From Promethearchaeota archaeon (GTDB taxonomy: Archaea > Asgardarchaeota > Hermodarchaeia > Hermodarchaeales > Hermodarchaeaceae), in NCBI GenBank assembly GCA_048939625.1, contig JBHLPH010000001.1:96001-160000 (forward strand): a DNA stretch of 64,000 nt, in the 5' to 3' direction. Position 1 is the stretch's first letter, and every line of letters begins with the position of its first letter. The translations under genes and the position numbers were made by a program. The notes under the pieces were generated by a model. The model was not told the DNA's origin, ran no database searches, and saw only the letters and a list, made by a program, of their open reading frames with translations. Below are positions 1 to 9,876 of the stretch, one piece after another.

Positions 1-596
1 ATAACACCAATCATTGTGCCTACACCAAGTATGGCGAGAGCGATGAAAACAATACCTAAGAGATCACCAACGGTGGTGGTGAGTGGGGGAATAATGCTAT
101 CGGGGTCACGACCAGAGCGGTAGACCAGTCGCGCCGTGAATAAGCCAATTAGGCTTGTTACAAGTGTGGCCAATACTCCGGCAGCTACTATAGCACCGAA
201 TAAATGGGGAAACCCAAAGTAATGGATCACCAGTATACCTGTTATTGTCTGAAAGCCAATCGTTATTCCAATTACGCATAGGCCCAGGAAAGCATAAGCA
301 GTTGCGGAGACGAGGAGAATGGCAAGCAGATTACTAAGGAGCAGGCGATATGGTCGGAAGCCTTTGTCGAGTTCACCTGTGTAGAGATGACTTGTGACGC
401 GTGCACCAACCACTCCTGCAAGGTCCCCGGTTATGTCAATGAAAGCAGGCACCATGAGGAGGATAAATGGAAAAATAATCCGTAGTCCTTCAATGGCACT
501 GTCTAAGAATTGTCCGGCCGCAAGGGCGAAGACTAAAACTACCACTAGGACTGGGAGGCTTTCGGTGAGGATTTTTCGGACAGTGTATTCAACCAT
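1..596 (-). CDS. MgtE/SLC41-type divalent cation transporter membrane domain (3' end runs off window; not in ORF track)
   Basis: Manual translation from ATG 596 (SD GAGGTGA): MVEYTVRKILTESLP...MVPAFIDITGDLAGVVGARVTSHLYTG...GRDPDSIIPPLTTTVGDLLG, which carries the MgtE motifs. Confidence 0.85.
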   Translation of the reverse strand, partial: MVEYTVRKILTESLPVLVVVLVFALAAGQFLDSAIEGLRIIFPFILLMVPAFIDITGDLAGVVGARVTSHLYTGELDKGFRPYRLLLSNLLAILLVSATAYAFLGLCVIGITIGFQTITGILVIHYFGFPHLFGAIVAAGVLATLVTSLIGLFTARLVYRSGRDPDSIIPPLTTTVGDLLGIVFIALAILGVGTMIGV

Positions 597-606
597 TATC
601 TTCACC

Positions 607-1245
607 TCAGGATAGGAGTGGTGGTAGTGGAAATACAATGAGTGCCACTGAGATGGCAATGAGTAGACAGGCGATGGTAATGATGTCACCAATTGCAGCC
701 ACAAGGGGAATGGTGATGTTGTCAGGGTCAAGACCCCGTGCATGGGCAAGTAGTGAGACGGTTACAGTAATAGTTACTTGAAATACACTTGCTAGCAGAG
801 CGGTGACTAATGCGATTGTGAGAAAGTGGGATAAGTTGAGAGGGATTCCGTCTCGGGGAGCGATTCCTTGTATAAAGACTGAGACGAGCCATGCGCCAAC
901 TCCTAATGCTGTAGACATAATGAGAACAAGGTAAAAGGCGGCTTTGATGTTGGCACGAAGTGGCTGGTTTAGGCCTTGTTTCCATGAAATTGTGCCTAGA
1001 TGAGTACCCGAGCCTAGGCGTTGGGCGAGACTAGTTGAGATATTGCCCCGTAATTGCATTAGACCTGGAATGAGTATGAAAAGACCGATAAGGCTGTGGG
1101 TAGCAATATCAAGCTGCCAAAGAAGAAAGCCAGCAAATAGCTCCGCTAGGACGGTGAAGAGTAAGACGGGCATCGCTTCGCGGTAGACCCGCCAGATTAG
1201 AGTACGCTCTAGTGAGCGGCCGTTGGCCATCCCCATCGTCATCAC
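607..1245 (-). CDS. MgtE/SLC41-type divalent cation transporter membrane domain
   Basis: IPGLMQLRGNISTSLAQRL and GLDPDNITIPLVAAIGDI motifs; tandem paralogue of the downstream gene. Confidence 0.85.
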   Translation of the reverse strand: MMTMGMANGRSLERTLIWRVYREAMPVLLFTVLAELFAGFLLWQLDIATHSLIGLFILIPGLMQLRGNISTSLAQRLGSGTHLGTISWKQGLNQPLRANIKAAFYLVLIMSTALGVGAWLVSVFIQGIAPRDGIPLNLSHFLTIALVTALLASVFQVTITVTVSLLAHARGLDPDNITIPLVAAIGDIITIACLLIAISVALIVFPLPPLLS

Positions 1246-1424
1246 CTTGCGAACTAGTGGAGGTCGGCGTAGTCTGGCATTGGGCAGGTCGGTTGTAGAT
1301 TGTCATTAGATGGTCACCCTTTTGGAGCTTTGTATTACGCGCCAAGAATTTAGGCACGCTTAACGGCTTACCTTGATTAACTCAATAAATATGTTTCGAC
1401 TGAAACACAGCGTGTTTTGAGGTG

Positions 1425-2855
1425 TTAAAGGGATAGAAGATATTGATGAATATTCCGTGCAGCAATTTTTCCTTCGCCTGCTGCGGCAATAACGGTGCCT
1501 TCGCCTCCAGTGATGTCGCCTGCCGCCCACACATGGGCGATGGAGGTTTCAAGAGATTCAGGATCAACAATGACATCACCCAATCGGTCACACTCTAATC
1601 CCGGGGTACAACTAGGCACCGAAGGATTGGCACTAGCGCCTATGGCAAAAATAACTGTATCGACAGAAATTTCGAATTCTGATCCTTCAATGGGTTCTGG
1701 TCGACAGCGCCCACTCTCATCGGGTTCGCCAAGGCAATTGCGAAGACATTTCATCACTTTAACACGCCCTTGCTCATCGCCCAGTAATTCAATGGGCTGG
1801 GTCAGGAACTGGAACTCAACCCCTTCTTCCTGAGCGTGATGGTATTCTTCTCGGCGAACAGGCATTTCATTTTCAGACCGACGATAAACGATGTAGACCT
1901 TTGTGGCTCCGAGTCGTAAAGCGGTACGGGCACTGTCCATAGCGGCGTTCCCCCCACCAATAACTGCAACGACTTTCCCTCGAATAATTGGTGTATCAAA
2001 AACAGGGAATTGATAGGCACGCATGAGGTTGACTCGTGTCAAGAATTCATTGCTGCTGTAGCTTCCAACAAGGTTCACTCCAGGAACACGGAGAAAACGT
2101 GGAAGTCCTGCCCCAGAAGCAAGTAGAATGGCTTTGTAGCCTTTTTTGAAAAGGTCATCAAAGGAATATAATTGACCAATAAATGCATTCAATTGAAACT
2201 CGACACCCAATTGTTTCAAGTAATCAACTTCTGCCTTGACAATTGCCTTGGGAAGTCGAAACTCAGGAATGCCATAAACCAAGACGCCACCTGGTTCATG
2301 TAGACTTTCAAAAACGGTGACTTGGTGACCGAGTAGCGCCAAATCACCAGCGGCAGTAAGACCAGCAGGACCACTCCCCACAATGGCTACTTTATGACCA
2401 GTGGGTCTAGGAAGTTGGGGAACCTCAACACCATGCTCGCGTTCCCAATCAGCCAAGAACCGCTCAATGCGACCGATTTCAATGGCATTCCCCTTCTTAC
2501 TGAGAATGCAAGCAGCTTGACATTGAGCTTCTTGAGGGCAAACCCGACCACATATGGCAGGAAGACTGTTCTTTTCCTTGATGATGAGAATAGCCTTCTG
2601 ATAATCACGATTTCGGACCGCTTCTAAGAATCGATTAATTTCAATCTCAACGGGGCATCCACTCACACACTTTGGGTTCTTGCATGCCATGCACCGTTCC
2701 ACTTCTTGAAGTACCTGGTCTTCGCTGTACCCCAAATTAACCTCGTCGAAATTCCGAATACGTATCTTCGGGTCTTGTTCGGGCATTTCCGGGGGCTCAA
2801 TGAGCCAAGGTTTCGGTCGCTCTCTTTTTGCATCTTTGGATTTTCTTGGTGACAT
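1425..2855 (-). CDS. NfnB/SudA-type (GltD-like) NADPH-dependent Fe-S flavoprotein large subunit
   Basis: RCMACKNPKCVSGCP and CGRVCPQEAQC clusters; GSGPAG and GGGNAAMD dinucleotide folds; partner NfnA at 8969-9805. Confidence 0.9.
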   Translation of the reverse strand: MSPRKSKDAKRERPKPWLIEPPEMPEQDPKIRIRNFDEVNLGYSEDQVLQEVERCMACKNPKCVSGCPVEIEINRFLEAVRNRDYQKAILIIKEKNSLPAICGRVCPQEAQCQAACILSKKGNAIEIGRIERFLADWEREHGVEVPQLPRPTGHKVAIVGSGPAGLTAAGDLALLGHQVTVFESLHEPGGVLVYGIPEFRLPKAIVKAEVDYLKQLGVEFQLNAFIGQLYSFDDLFKKGYKAILLASGAGLPRFLRVPGVNLVGSYSSNEFLTRVNLMRAYQFPVFDTPIIRGKVVAVIGGGNAAMDSARTALRLGATKVYIVYRRSENEMPVRREEYHHAQEEGVEFQFLTQPIELLGDEQGRVKVMKCLRNCLGEPDESGRCRPEPIEGSEFEISVDTVIFAIGASANPSVPSCTPGLECDRLGDVIVDPESLETSIAHVWAAGDITGGEGTVIAAAGEGKIAARNIHQYLLSL

Positions 2856-2943
2856 GGTCAAACCCTCATGTGATGAACCCGGTCACCGAGGGAGCACTTG
2901 CAACAGAATTAAAGCCTTCCGCAAATACAGCGTTGTTCCCGTG

Positions 2944-4797
2944 CTATTTTTTCACCTGCCAAAGATCTTTTGATATGTCTGGCAGATTTAGCTTCAGTAA
3001 GAGCTCGTTAGTAGGCTTCCCAGTCTTTGAATCCCATTGGCTAGTTTTGTAGAATTGTTGCAACTGCTCGTGTAGACTCGGTATTTTGCCTTCATTGGCT
3101 CCGGTTGTGAATGGTTTATTCAGTCCTTTAGGAAGGCAATCATCGGAGGCTGTGATGCCACAGCGAATATTGAACGCCCGTTTCACTGTCATAGTTCGTT
3201 CACCGATTTCCAATAGTTGTATTGGATTGAGAGTGCGGCCTGTTGCTGCATTATAGAGTTTTGTGACGAGAGTCGGTTCAAGGAGGGCAAGTTGACAGAG
3301 AGTCAGCGAATTAAAAAGCGATCGCCAATTTCTGAGTTTCGCGACAGAGGTTCCTTGGTTTTGGTCATTATGCCGATCTCCTGATTTAATTTCATATTCT
3401 GGAATCTCGACTCCCATATCAACAGTATGGATGTCACCTTGCATATGTGAGGCACCAATGGGAGAAACGGCATAAGTGGTGGCTAATCCAAAAAAGGCGC
3501 GAGGGTCGTGCATAGGAAGTTCTAGCCCCTTCACATGATAGGCCAAGTCGGGAGCTCCGATGGTTTCGGCTGCTCGTTGAACCCCTTCCGCTAGTATATC
3601 ACCTAATCCTTGCCGATGGACAATCAATTCAATGAGGTTCAATATGGTATTGCCGTTACCAAACTCCAAGTTCAATGAAGCACTCAAATTACTTGGGAGC
3701 TTTCCAGCTTCGTTGGCAGCAAAACTGAAAGCAATTACATTACCGCATGAAATCGTATCTAAACCATACAGATTACAGAGATGATTCGCTTGGCAAAGTA
3801 TAGGAAGATTATCGACCTGACATAAAGTTCCGAAAGCCGCAACGGTTTCGTACTCAGGACCTGCAATATTGTCTAATTTTACATCTCCTTCATCAATTGT
3901 GATGATAGGGCCACAGCCAATAGGGCAGGCATGACAACGGAATTGTCCAGACCGATATTGTTTCAGAGCTGCTGCGTTGATGCTAGAAATGTCCATAAAT
4001 GGTTCAGAAAAGTAGCGAACAGGCATATCGTTGAATAAGTTCATCAGCATATCGGCACCATACAAAGTCCCGTTAGCACCTAGAAAGGGAGCAAGTCCTT
4101 CAAGGAGCTGATATGCCGTTTTGACATGTTCACGAAAGGTATCCGGATCGGCAAGTTCTGGTTTTTGGGACCCGTGAACACTTATGGCTTTGAGTCGTTT
4201 CGCTCCCAGGACTGCACCGGCTCCAGCTCGTGCACTAGCACGTCCCATATCATTCATGACAGCTGCAAATCTTACTCGATTCTCGCCCGCAGGGCCAATT
4301 GAGAGAACGCGAATCTTTGAATCGCCTACATCAGCTTTAATGAGCTCTTCCGTTGTAAAGCTATCCTTACCCCAGAGATGGTCTGCAGAAACCAAGGAGG
4401 CATTCTCATCGTTAATCTGTAGGAATACTGGGGTTTCAGCTGCACCCGTCACGAGAATACCATCAAGACCCGCTTGACGTAATTCTGCTCCAAAGTACCC
4501 CCCTCCTGTTGATTCACCCCAAATACCAGTCAACGCCGATTTCGTACAGATTGCGTGCCGACCTGTGCATGGAGCACCGGTAGCAGTTAAGGGTCCAGTG
4601 AAAATGGCGACTTCATTCTGTGGGTGAAAGGGATCGAGGTCTTCGATAGGAAGGCGATCATAAAGTAGTCGGCTGGCATAACCAGCTCCACCAATGAAGT
4701 CATGAACATACTTCTGATTGATAGATTTTCGTTTAGCGATTCCTTTTGTTAGATCAACAAAGAGAAACTTGCCCATGTACCCAGGCAGAGAAGTCAA
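2944..4797 (-). CDS. Tungsten aldehyde:ferredoxin oxidoreductase family protein
   Basis: IGPAGEN, GAVLGAKRLKAI, CHACPIGC, GPEYET, GLDTIS and HDPR motifs. Confidence 0.92.
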   Translation of the reverse strand: MTSLPGYMGKFLFVDLTKGIAKRKSINQKYVHDFIGGAGYASRLLYDRLPIEDLDPFHPQNEVAIFTGPLTATGAPCTGRHAICTKSALTGIWGESTGGGYFGAELRQAGLDGILVTGAAETPVFLQINDENASLVSADHLWGKDSFTTEELIKADVGDSKIRVLSIGPAGENRVRFAAVMNDMGRASARAGAGAVLGAKRLKAISVHGSQKPELADPDTFREHVKTAYQLLEGLAPFLGANGTLYGADMLMNLFNDMPVRYFSEPFMDISSINAAALKQYRSGQFRCHACPIGCGPIITIDEGDVKLDNIAGPEYETVAAFGTLCQVDNLPILCQANHLCNLYGLDTISCGNVIAFSFAANEAGKLPSNLSASLNLEFGNGNTILNLIELIVHRQGLGDILAEGVQRAAETIGAPDLAYHVKGLELPMHDPRAFFGLATTYAVSPIGASHMQGDIHTVDMGVEIPEYEIKSGDRHNDQNQGTSVAKLRNWRSLFNSLTLCQLALLEPTLVTKLYNAATGRTLNPIQLLEIGERTMTVKRAFNIRCGITASDDCLPKGLNKPFTTGANEGKIPSLHEQLQQFYKTSQWDSKTGKPTNELLLKLNLPDISKDLWQVKK

Positions 4798-4801
4798 TTA
4801 A

Positions 4802-5476
4802 TCACCGTTTCTTCATCCGCTTCATAAGATCAAACATCTGCGCTTGGGTTTCAACCGCATCAGGAGGGATGGTGGTCAGCTGCTTATTACCACCTGCTGC
4901 AGCTGACGCTAGCAAATAAATATGGGCAACACGCTCGAGCAGAAGTGCATTATGGAGTGCCACTTCCATCGTGGGTCCGCAACACAAAGCACCATGATTC
5001 GCAAGGAAGACAGCATTCCGTGGACCTAAAGCTTCCACCACGTTTTTAGCTAGTTCCTCACTTCCAGGCATACCATAATTGGCTACCTCAACTTGACCTC
5101 CAAGACGAATCACGAATTCATCAACAATGGGTGGAAGAGGTTCTTGGAGCACGGCCAAAGCTGACGCATAAATACAGTGAGTATGAACAATGGCGTTTAC
5201 GTCAGGTCTTGCTTTATAGATCGCAAGATGTAGGGGATGTTCGATGGATGGATTTCGATCGCCTTCGATGATTTCACCGTCCATATCGATGATCATTACA
5301 TCTTCAGCACTCATGCACGAATAGTCAACGCTACTTGGTGTAATAGCAATTTGGCCAGTCCCTTCGATGCGATAACTGGCGTTGCCTGAGCTACCGATGA
5401 CCAGTTCTGCTGCTTGCATATTCTGACAGGTAGACAGAACTTGGGTTTTTGCCTCCTTTGTTTTGTTCGAAGTCAT
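4802..5476 (-). CDS. Class II aldolase/adducin family (fuculose-1-phosphate aldolase-like)
   Basis: SSGNAS, PSIEHPLHLAIY, IVHTH and LANHG Zn motifs; start taken at MTSNK. Confidence 0.88.
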   Translation of the reverse strand: MTSNKTKEAKTQVLSTCQNMQAAELVIGSSGNASYRIEGTGQIAITPSSVDYSCMSAEDVMIIDMDGEIIEGDRNPSIEHPLHLAIYKARPDVNAIVHTHCIYASALAVLQEPLPPIVDEFVIRLGGQVEVANYGMPGSEELAKNVVEALGPRNAVFLANHGALCCGPTMEVALHNALLLERVAHIYLLASAAAGGNKQLTTIPPDAVETQAQMFDLMKRMKKR

Positions 5477-5505
5477 AGTAATTCCCTTAACACAATGGCT
5501 TGACA

Positions 5506-7035
5506 CTATAAATTTACAGATTGGTTGTATAATGTCTGCCATCTGGTGAAATAGGTTGTGTACTGATTATGAATGTCCTCTCGTGGCACTAAATCAGGTC
5601 GCAACTTCACCATCCGGCGCATCGCAGTTGTCAACGATTCATAGACTCCAGTAGCAGTTGCTGCACAAATAGCCGCACCTAAACTTGATGCCTCTGTCAC
5701 TTGCCCGCTTCGAATGATCAAACCGGTCACATCAGCCAGTAATTGCCGCCAAAAGTCGCTTCGAGTCAACCCGCCAGCAACAACACAGGTCTCGACCTGG
5801 CAATTCGCCAAGTTCTGAATCCGCTCGATATTCGTGCGAGCTGCAAAACAAATATTCTCAAATAAAGCCCGTGAAATTTCTCTGATTGAAGTCGGTGTAA
5901 CAACGGGTGAGGTAGGCGGAGGAAAAAGGAAGAATGATGGCCGAACTGTTGTCATGTCACTAGCATCCATGATTTGAGGTCCAAGTAAAGCGATAGTATC
6001 ATTTGAGCCCACAGGAGCTTGGGCAGCTAGAGCTTCAACCTGCTTGAATGTCTGCTCTGTGAGTCCTGTTAACTCGGAACTAAGAGGAGCGATGAAATTT
6101 GTTATAAACCACTTGAGAACTGAACCAGTTGGTCCTGAATTCGCTTCAAGAACCCATTTTTCTGGAAAGAGGAAACGTCCAGTCCAAAGCCGATAATTTG
6201 GATCGATTAATAGTTCAGACGTTACTAATTGAATCGGTCCGGTGTTCCCCGCTACAAACCCAATATCTCCGGATTCAATTGCACCGGATCCGAGAAGTGC
6301 ACATTGTGTATCTGCTCCTCCAATGCCCACCTGAGATGTCCTTGATAATCCAGTACTTTTACATGCAGCAGATGTGACCTGACCAACTAATGTGCCTGAG
6401 TCTGAAATGTCAGGTAATAACTCGCTTGATAATTCTGCCATTTCTAAGATTTCAGGTGCCCATTGAGAGGACCGAATATCCATTAACTGTGTGTTGGAAG
6501 CCTGTGTCGGATCTGTGGTAACCTCTCCTGTGAATTGATAGACTAGCCAGTCACTAATTGATAAGGCATGGCGGATTTTCGAAAACAGACCAGGCTTTTC
6601 GCGTTTAAACCAAAGTAACCGGCACAGTGAATACAGGAGGGGCGGCCAGCACCCTGTAGGCGGACAAGATTCCTCTAAACCTTTTTTAACGGAATCCTGC
6701 GTGAAGACTCCACGGGCATCAAGGTTCGGCCCCGCATAAATTACTTCGCCGTACTTATCGAGAAATACTGCACCATGCCGTTGACTGGTTGGGGCGATAC
6801 CGACGATATCTTTGGGTTGAGAATTCGCTTCTTTGATAGCCAAAGGAATCATTTCGCAAATCATATTCCATACCGCTGGTGCATCGAATTCCTTCCCGAT
6901 GCCAAAAAGACCCTCAGCATCTACGTATTGGATTGACTGAAATTGTCGAGCAAGCGCTATCCCTTCTTGTGAAAATACCATGCATTTGATACCTGAGGTA
7001 CCAAAGTCAATTGTCAGAAAGTGCGACTTGGACAT
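5506..7035 (-). CDS. FGGY-family carbohydrate kinase (LsrK/xylulokinase-like)
   Basis: IDFGTSGIK, TSQR, GGADTQCA and AGGLTRS...QLLADV motifs. Confidence 0.88.
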   Translation of the reverse strand: MSKSHFLTIDFGTSGIKCMVFSQEGIALARQFQSIQYVDAEGLFGIGKEFDAPAVWNMICEMIPLAIKEANSQPKDIVGIAPTSQRHGAVFLDKYGEVIYAGPNLDARGVFTQDSVKKGLEESCPPTGCWPPLLYSLCRLLWFKREKPGLFSKIRHALSISDWLVYQFTGEVTTDPTQASNTQLMDIRSSQWAPEILEMAELSSELLPDISDSGTLVGQVTSAACKSTGLSRTSQVGIGGADTQCALLGSGAIESGDIGFVAGNTGPIQLVTSELLIDPNYRLWTGRFLFPEKWVLEANSGPTGSVLKWFITNFIAPLSSELTGLTEQTFKQVEALAAQAPVGSNDTIALLGPQIMDASDMTTVRPSFFLFPPPTSPVVTPTSIREISRALFENICFAARTNIERIQNLANCQVETCVVAGGLTRSDFWRQLLADVTGLIIRSGQVTEASSLGAAICAATATGVYESLTTAMRRMVKLRPDLVPREDIHNQYTTYFTRWQTLYNQSVNL

Positions 7036-7053
7036 ACGAGCCTCTCATTTTTC

Positions 7054-8070
7054 TTATTTGAAAACATCAGGGTTTGCCAAGTATTTGGGCGTTTCTCCCC
7101 TTAAGAACCGGTCAATATCCTTGGCTAGAATCATGGATTGTCGATACACCACATCCTCGGTGTTACCTCCAATATGGGGAGTTACAGTGACATTGTCAAA
7201 TTGAAGGAACCGGTTATCAGATCCAACGGGTTCCCGTGAGTGGACATCAAGCCCGGCTCCGCCAATGGTACCCGCCTGAATGGCGTCAAAGAGAGCACCT
7301 TCATCAATTATGGCAGACCGTGCCGTATTGATCAAATGCGCAGTGGGCTTCATCCAAGCCAGCTGCTCCTTTCCTATCATTCTAAAAGTTTCAGGGGTTG
7401 CCCGAGTGTGAAGCGTGACAAAATCGGATTCCTGCAAGAGAGTCTCCAAATCGACCTTCTCTGCGTCCACCTTCTTGCCTTGTTTGGAATTAACATAGGG
7501 ATCCGTAAAGAGAACTCGACAACCGAAACCCTGAAGACGTTTAGCCACCTGCATCCCAATTTGACCTAATCCAACAATTCCAACTGTACTCCGTCCAAGT
7601 TCCCGCCCCTTTAATGAATCATGGAGAGTTGCAAAGTCTTCAGCACTATCAATTGAAACCGCCCCAGATTTAAGAAGACGATCAGCAGGAATTAGTTTTC
7701 GTGCTTGAGCAAGAATCAGAAGTATCGTCAAATCAGCAACTGATTCAGCATTACGTCCGGGAGCATAAAACACTGGAACACCGTGAGCAGACGCCGCTTC
7801 AAGGTCCACTTCTTTTGGATTATCACGAGCACTGCCGATGAACTTCAGAGAAATGCCTTCGAAGACTTCTTCCGTGACAGCATCAGCTTCAACAATAGCT
7901 GCATCGGCTTTCGTGACTTTCAGTTTTTCTAGGAGTTCTTCGCCCCAAAGGACTTGCCCAGTAGTTCGCCAATCTTCGTAAATTACAGTCCCATGCTTTC
8001 TTAACAGATTTAGTCCATCCTCATGGAATGAGGCAGTAATGAAAATTCTCATACTCCTTCGAATCATCAA
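7054..8070 (-). CDS. D-isomer-specific 2-hydroxyacid dehydrogenase (SerA-like)
   Basis: GLGQIG, LINTAR, GLDV and TPHIGG motifs. Confidence 0.88.
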   Translation of the reverse strand: MMIRRSMRIFITASFHEDGLNLLRKHGTVIYEDWRTTGQVLWGEELLEKLKVTKADAAIVEADAVTEEVFEGISLKFIGSARDNPKEVDLEAASAHGVPVFYAPGRNAESVADLTILLILAQARKLIPADRLLKSGAVSIDSAEDFATLHDSLKGRELGRSTVGIVGLGQIGMQVAKRLQGFGCRVLFTDPYVNSKQGKKVDAEKVDLETLLQESDFVTLHTRATPETFRMIGKEQLAWMKPTAHLINTARSAIIDEGALFDAIQAGTIGGAGLDVHSREPVGSDNRFLQFDNVTVTPHIGGNTEDVVYRQSMILAKDIDRFLRGETPKYLANPDVFK

Positions 8071-8080
8071 GGCAGTTAAG

Positions 8081-8416
8081 CTACATAAGGATTTGGAGTT
8101 TGAGAAGGTCAGTCATGCTCCCTTTGGCCTTCAATTTGCCAACCGAATAAGCATCCAGTGGGCTAAGGCTTCCCTGCATGATTCCAACAAGTGTTCCACT
8201 ATCAGTTGTTACCAGTAGGTTTGGTTTCTCCAATTTTCCTTCCGAAAAAGGATCCATGACACCCTCATGGATGCGTGTATGAAAACTAGTTTCAAGATCT
8301 GTGAACTGAAACTGGAGCGTGCGATCAAACCCTTCGAACTTGGATTTCATATCCTGAGCAACAAATTTTTCTCTTACACCCTCAAGAACTTGTAATACCT
8401 CGTCTTTGGTAGCCAT
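8081..8416 (-). CDS. SCP2 sterol/lipid-binding domain protein
   Basis: C-terminal LSPLDAYSVGKLKAKGSM SCP2 signature; 111 aa. Confidence 0.8.
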   Translation of the reverse strand: MATKDEVLQVLEGVREKFVAQDMKSKFEGFDRTLQFQFTDLETSFHTRIHEGVMDPFSEGKLEKPNLLVTTDSGTLVGIMQGSLSPLDAYSVGKLKAKGSMTDLLKLQILM

Positions 8417-8523
8417 TTTTCTGGTTCACCTTTTAAACACACCAATAACTAAGATAGTTAAAAACACACTCCCTATTCAGAATAATCGACTTAACGTCTA
8501 AGGGCTATCAGTAAGACTGCGAA

Positions 8524-8886
8524 TTAAATCACCGGAAACAAGGGAAGGAGAAAATATCCGAGTAAGCCGACAATTAGAAGCAGGGCACCAGATGCAAGTA
8601 TTACGATGCCACTTCCAGATTGTTCACTCCGTCGATCTGGATAGTGTCGAGCCGTATCGCGAGTCACTTGCGGATTTACTGCATACCTTGCAGTTGCCAT
8701 GGCTTCTATGAAGGGCGTCTGAAGGCAAGCCCCGAAAACTAGTAAAAATATTCCTAGACCGACCAAAATGAGAAAGAAATTGGTAAAAGTCCATATCTGA
8801 AAAATCACAATTGTGGCAACCCAGGCAGCGATAATACAAATCACAGTAAGGAGAACAAATCGTTTTCCAAAGGACACCCAGTCCAT
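8524..8886 (-). CDS. Hypothetical membrane protein (about 3 TM)
   Basis: Three hydrophobic segments; co-oriented with the cluster. Confidence 0.6.
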   Translation of the reverse strand: MDWVSFGKRFVLLTVICIIAAWVATIVIFQIWTFTNFFLILVGLGIFLLVFGACLQTPFIEAMATARYAVNPQVTRDTARHYPDRRSEQSGSGIVILASGALLLIVGLLGYFLLPLFPVI

Positions 8887-8968
8887 TCGAGTAACCCAAG
8901 TTTACTCAGGAAATCTAAAAACAAAAAGTTATGTACGTTAGACACCGGTGACAAATGGAAGTTCTGTA

Positions 8969-9805
8969 TTAACTGTGTGAACACTTCTGCTTATATGACT
9001 CGAAAGCTTGTGTCTCTTGTTCCTTATAGGTGTCAAGCCGGGAGATTAGTAAATCGAAATCTACTTCATGGGCATCAAATTCGGGTCCGTCCACACAGGC
9101 GAATTTCATTTCCCCACCTACATCAACGCGGCAGGCGCCACACATGCCAGTTCCATCAACCATGATGGGATTTAAGCTGCATTCAGTTTTGACATTGAAG
9201 GGTTTGGTGGTAGCAGCAACAAACTTCATCATGATTGGGGGCCCAACGGTGAAAACATAATCAATCTGTCTGTCAGATTCAAGGAGCTCTTTGAGTTTTG
9301 TAGTTACAAAACCGTGTGTCCCTTTGGAACCGTCGTCAGTGGTGATGTGGAGTTCATCACTAATCTGGTTGAGTTCAAGCTCACATACCAAGAGATCCTC
9401 TTGCCGGGCTCCTAAAATTGTAATGAGGTAATTTCCAGCCGCTTTGATTTGACGTGCCCGTGGAAGAGCCGGAGCAGCACCACAACCACCAGCAACCACT
9501 ATAACCGTCCCATATAGCTCAACAGTTGGAGCATGCCCTAAAGGTCCAAGGATATCTTTGATAAAATCACCAGGCTTCAGTTTAGCTAACTCCATCGTTG
9601 ATTTGCCCACAACCTGGAAAACAATGGTTACCAAACCTTTCTCACTCTCCCAATCTTTGAGGGTAAGAGGAATGCGTTCACCCTGATCATGTAATCGAAG
9701 AATCAGAAATTGGCCAGGCTGAGCTTTAGCAACAATTTCTGGTGCTTCAACATCAAACTCGTAAATATCAGGAGCGATTTTCCTGGTCGCTAACACCTTG
9801 AACAT
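8969..9805 (-). CDS. NfnA/SudB-type FAD/[2Fe-2S] subunit (PyrK-like)
   Basis: GERIPLT and MVDGTGMCGACRV...CVDGPEF motifs; ATG 9805 preceded by AGGTG. Confidence 0.9.
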   Translation of the reverse strand: MFKVLATRKIAPDIYEFDVEAPEIVAKAQPGQFLILRLHDQGERIPLTLKDWESEKGLVTIVFQVVGKSTMELAKLKPGDFIKDILGPLGHAPTVELYGTVIVVAGGCGAAPALPRARQIKAAGNYLITILGARQEDLLVCELELNQISDELHITTDDGSKGTHGFVTTKLKELLESDRQIDYVFTVGPPIMMKFVAATTKPFNVKTECSLNPIMVDGTGMCGACRVDVGGEMKFACVDGPEFDAHEVDFDLLISRLDTYKEQETQAFESYKQKCSHS

Positions 9806-9876
9806 AGAGTCAACACCTGTATTTGTATTGGGGAAAGTACTGAATGGCGGGACACAAGCGATGGTAAAAAGATTAC

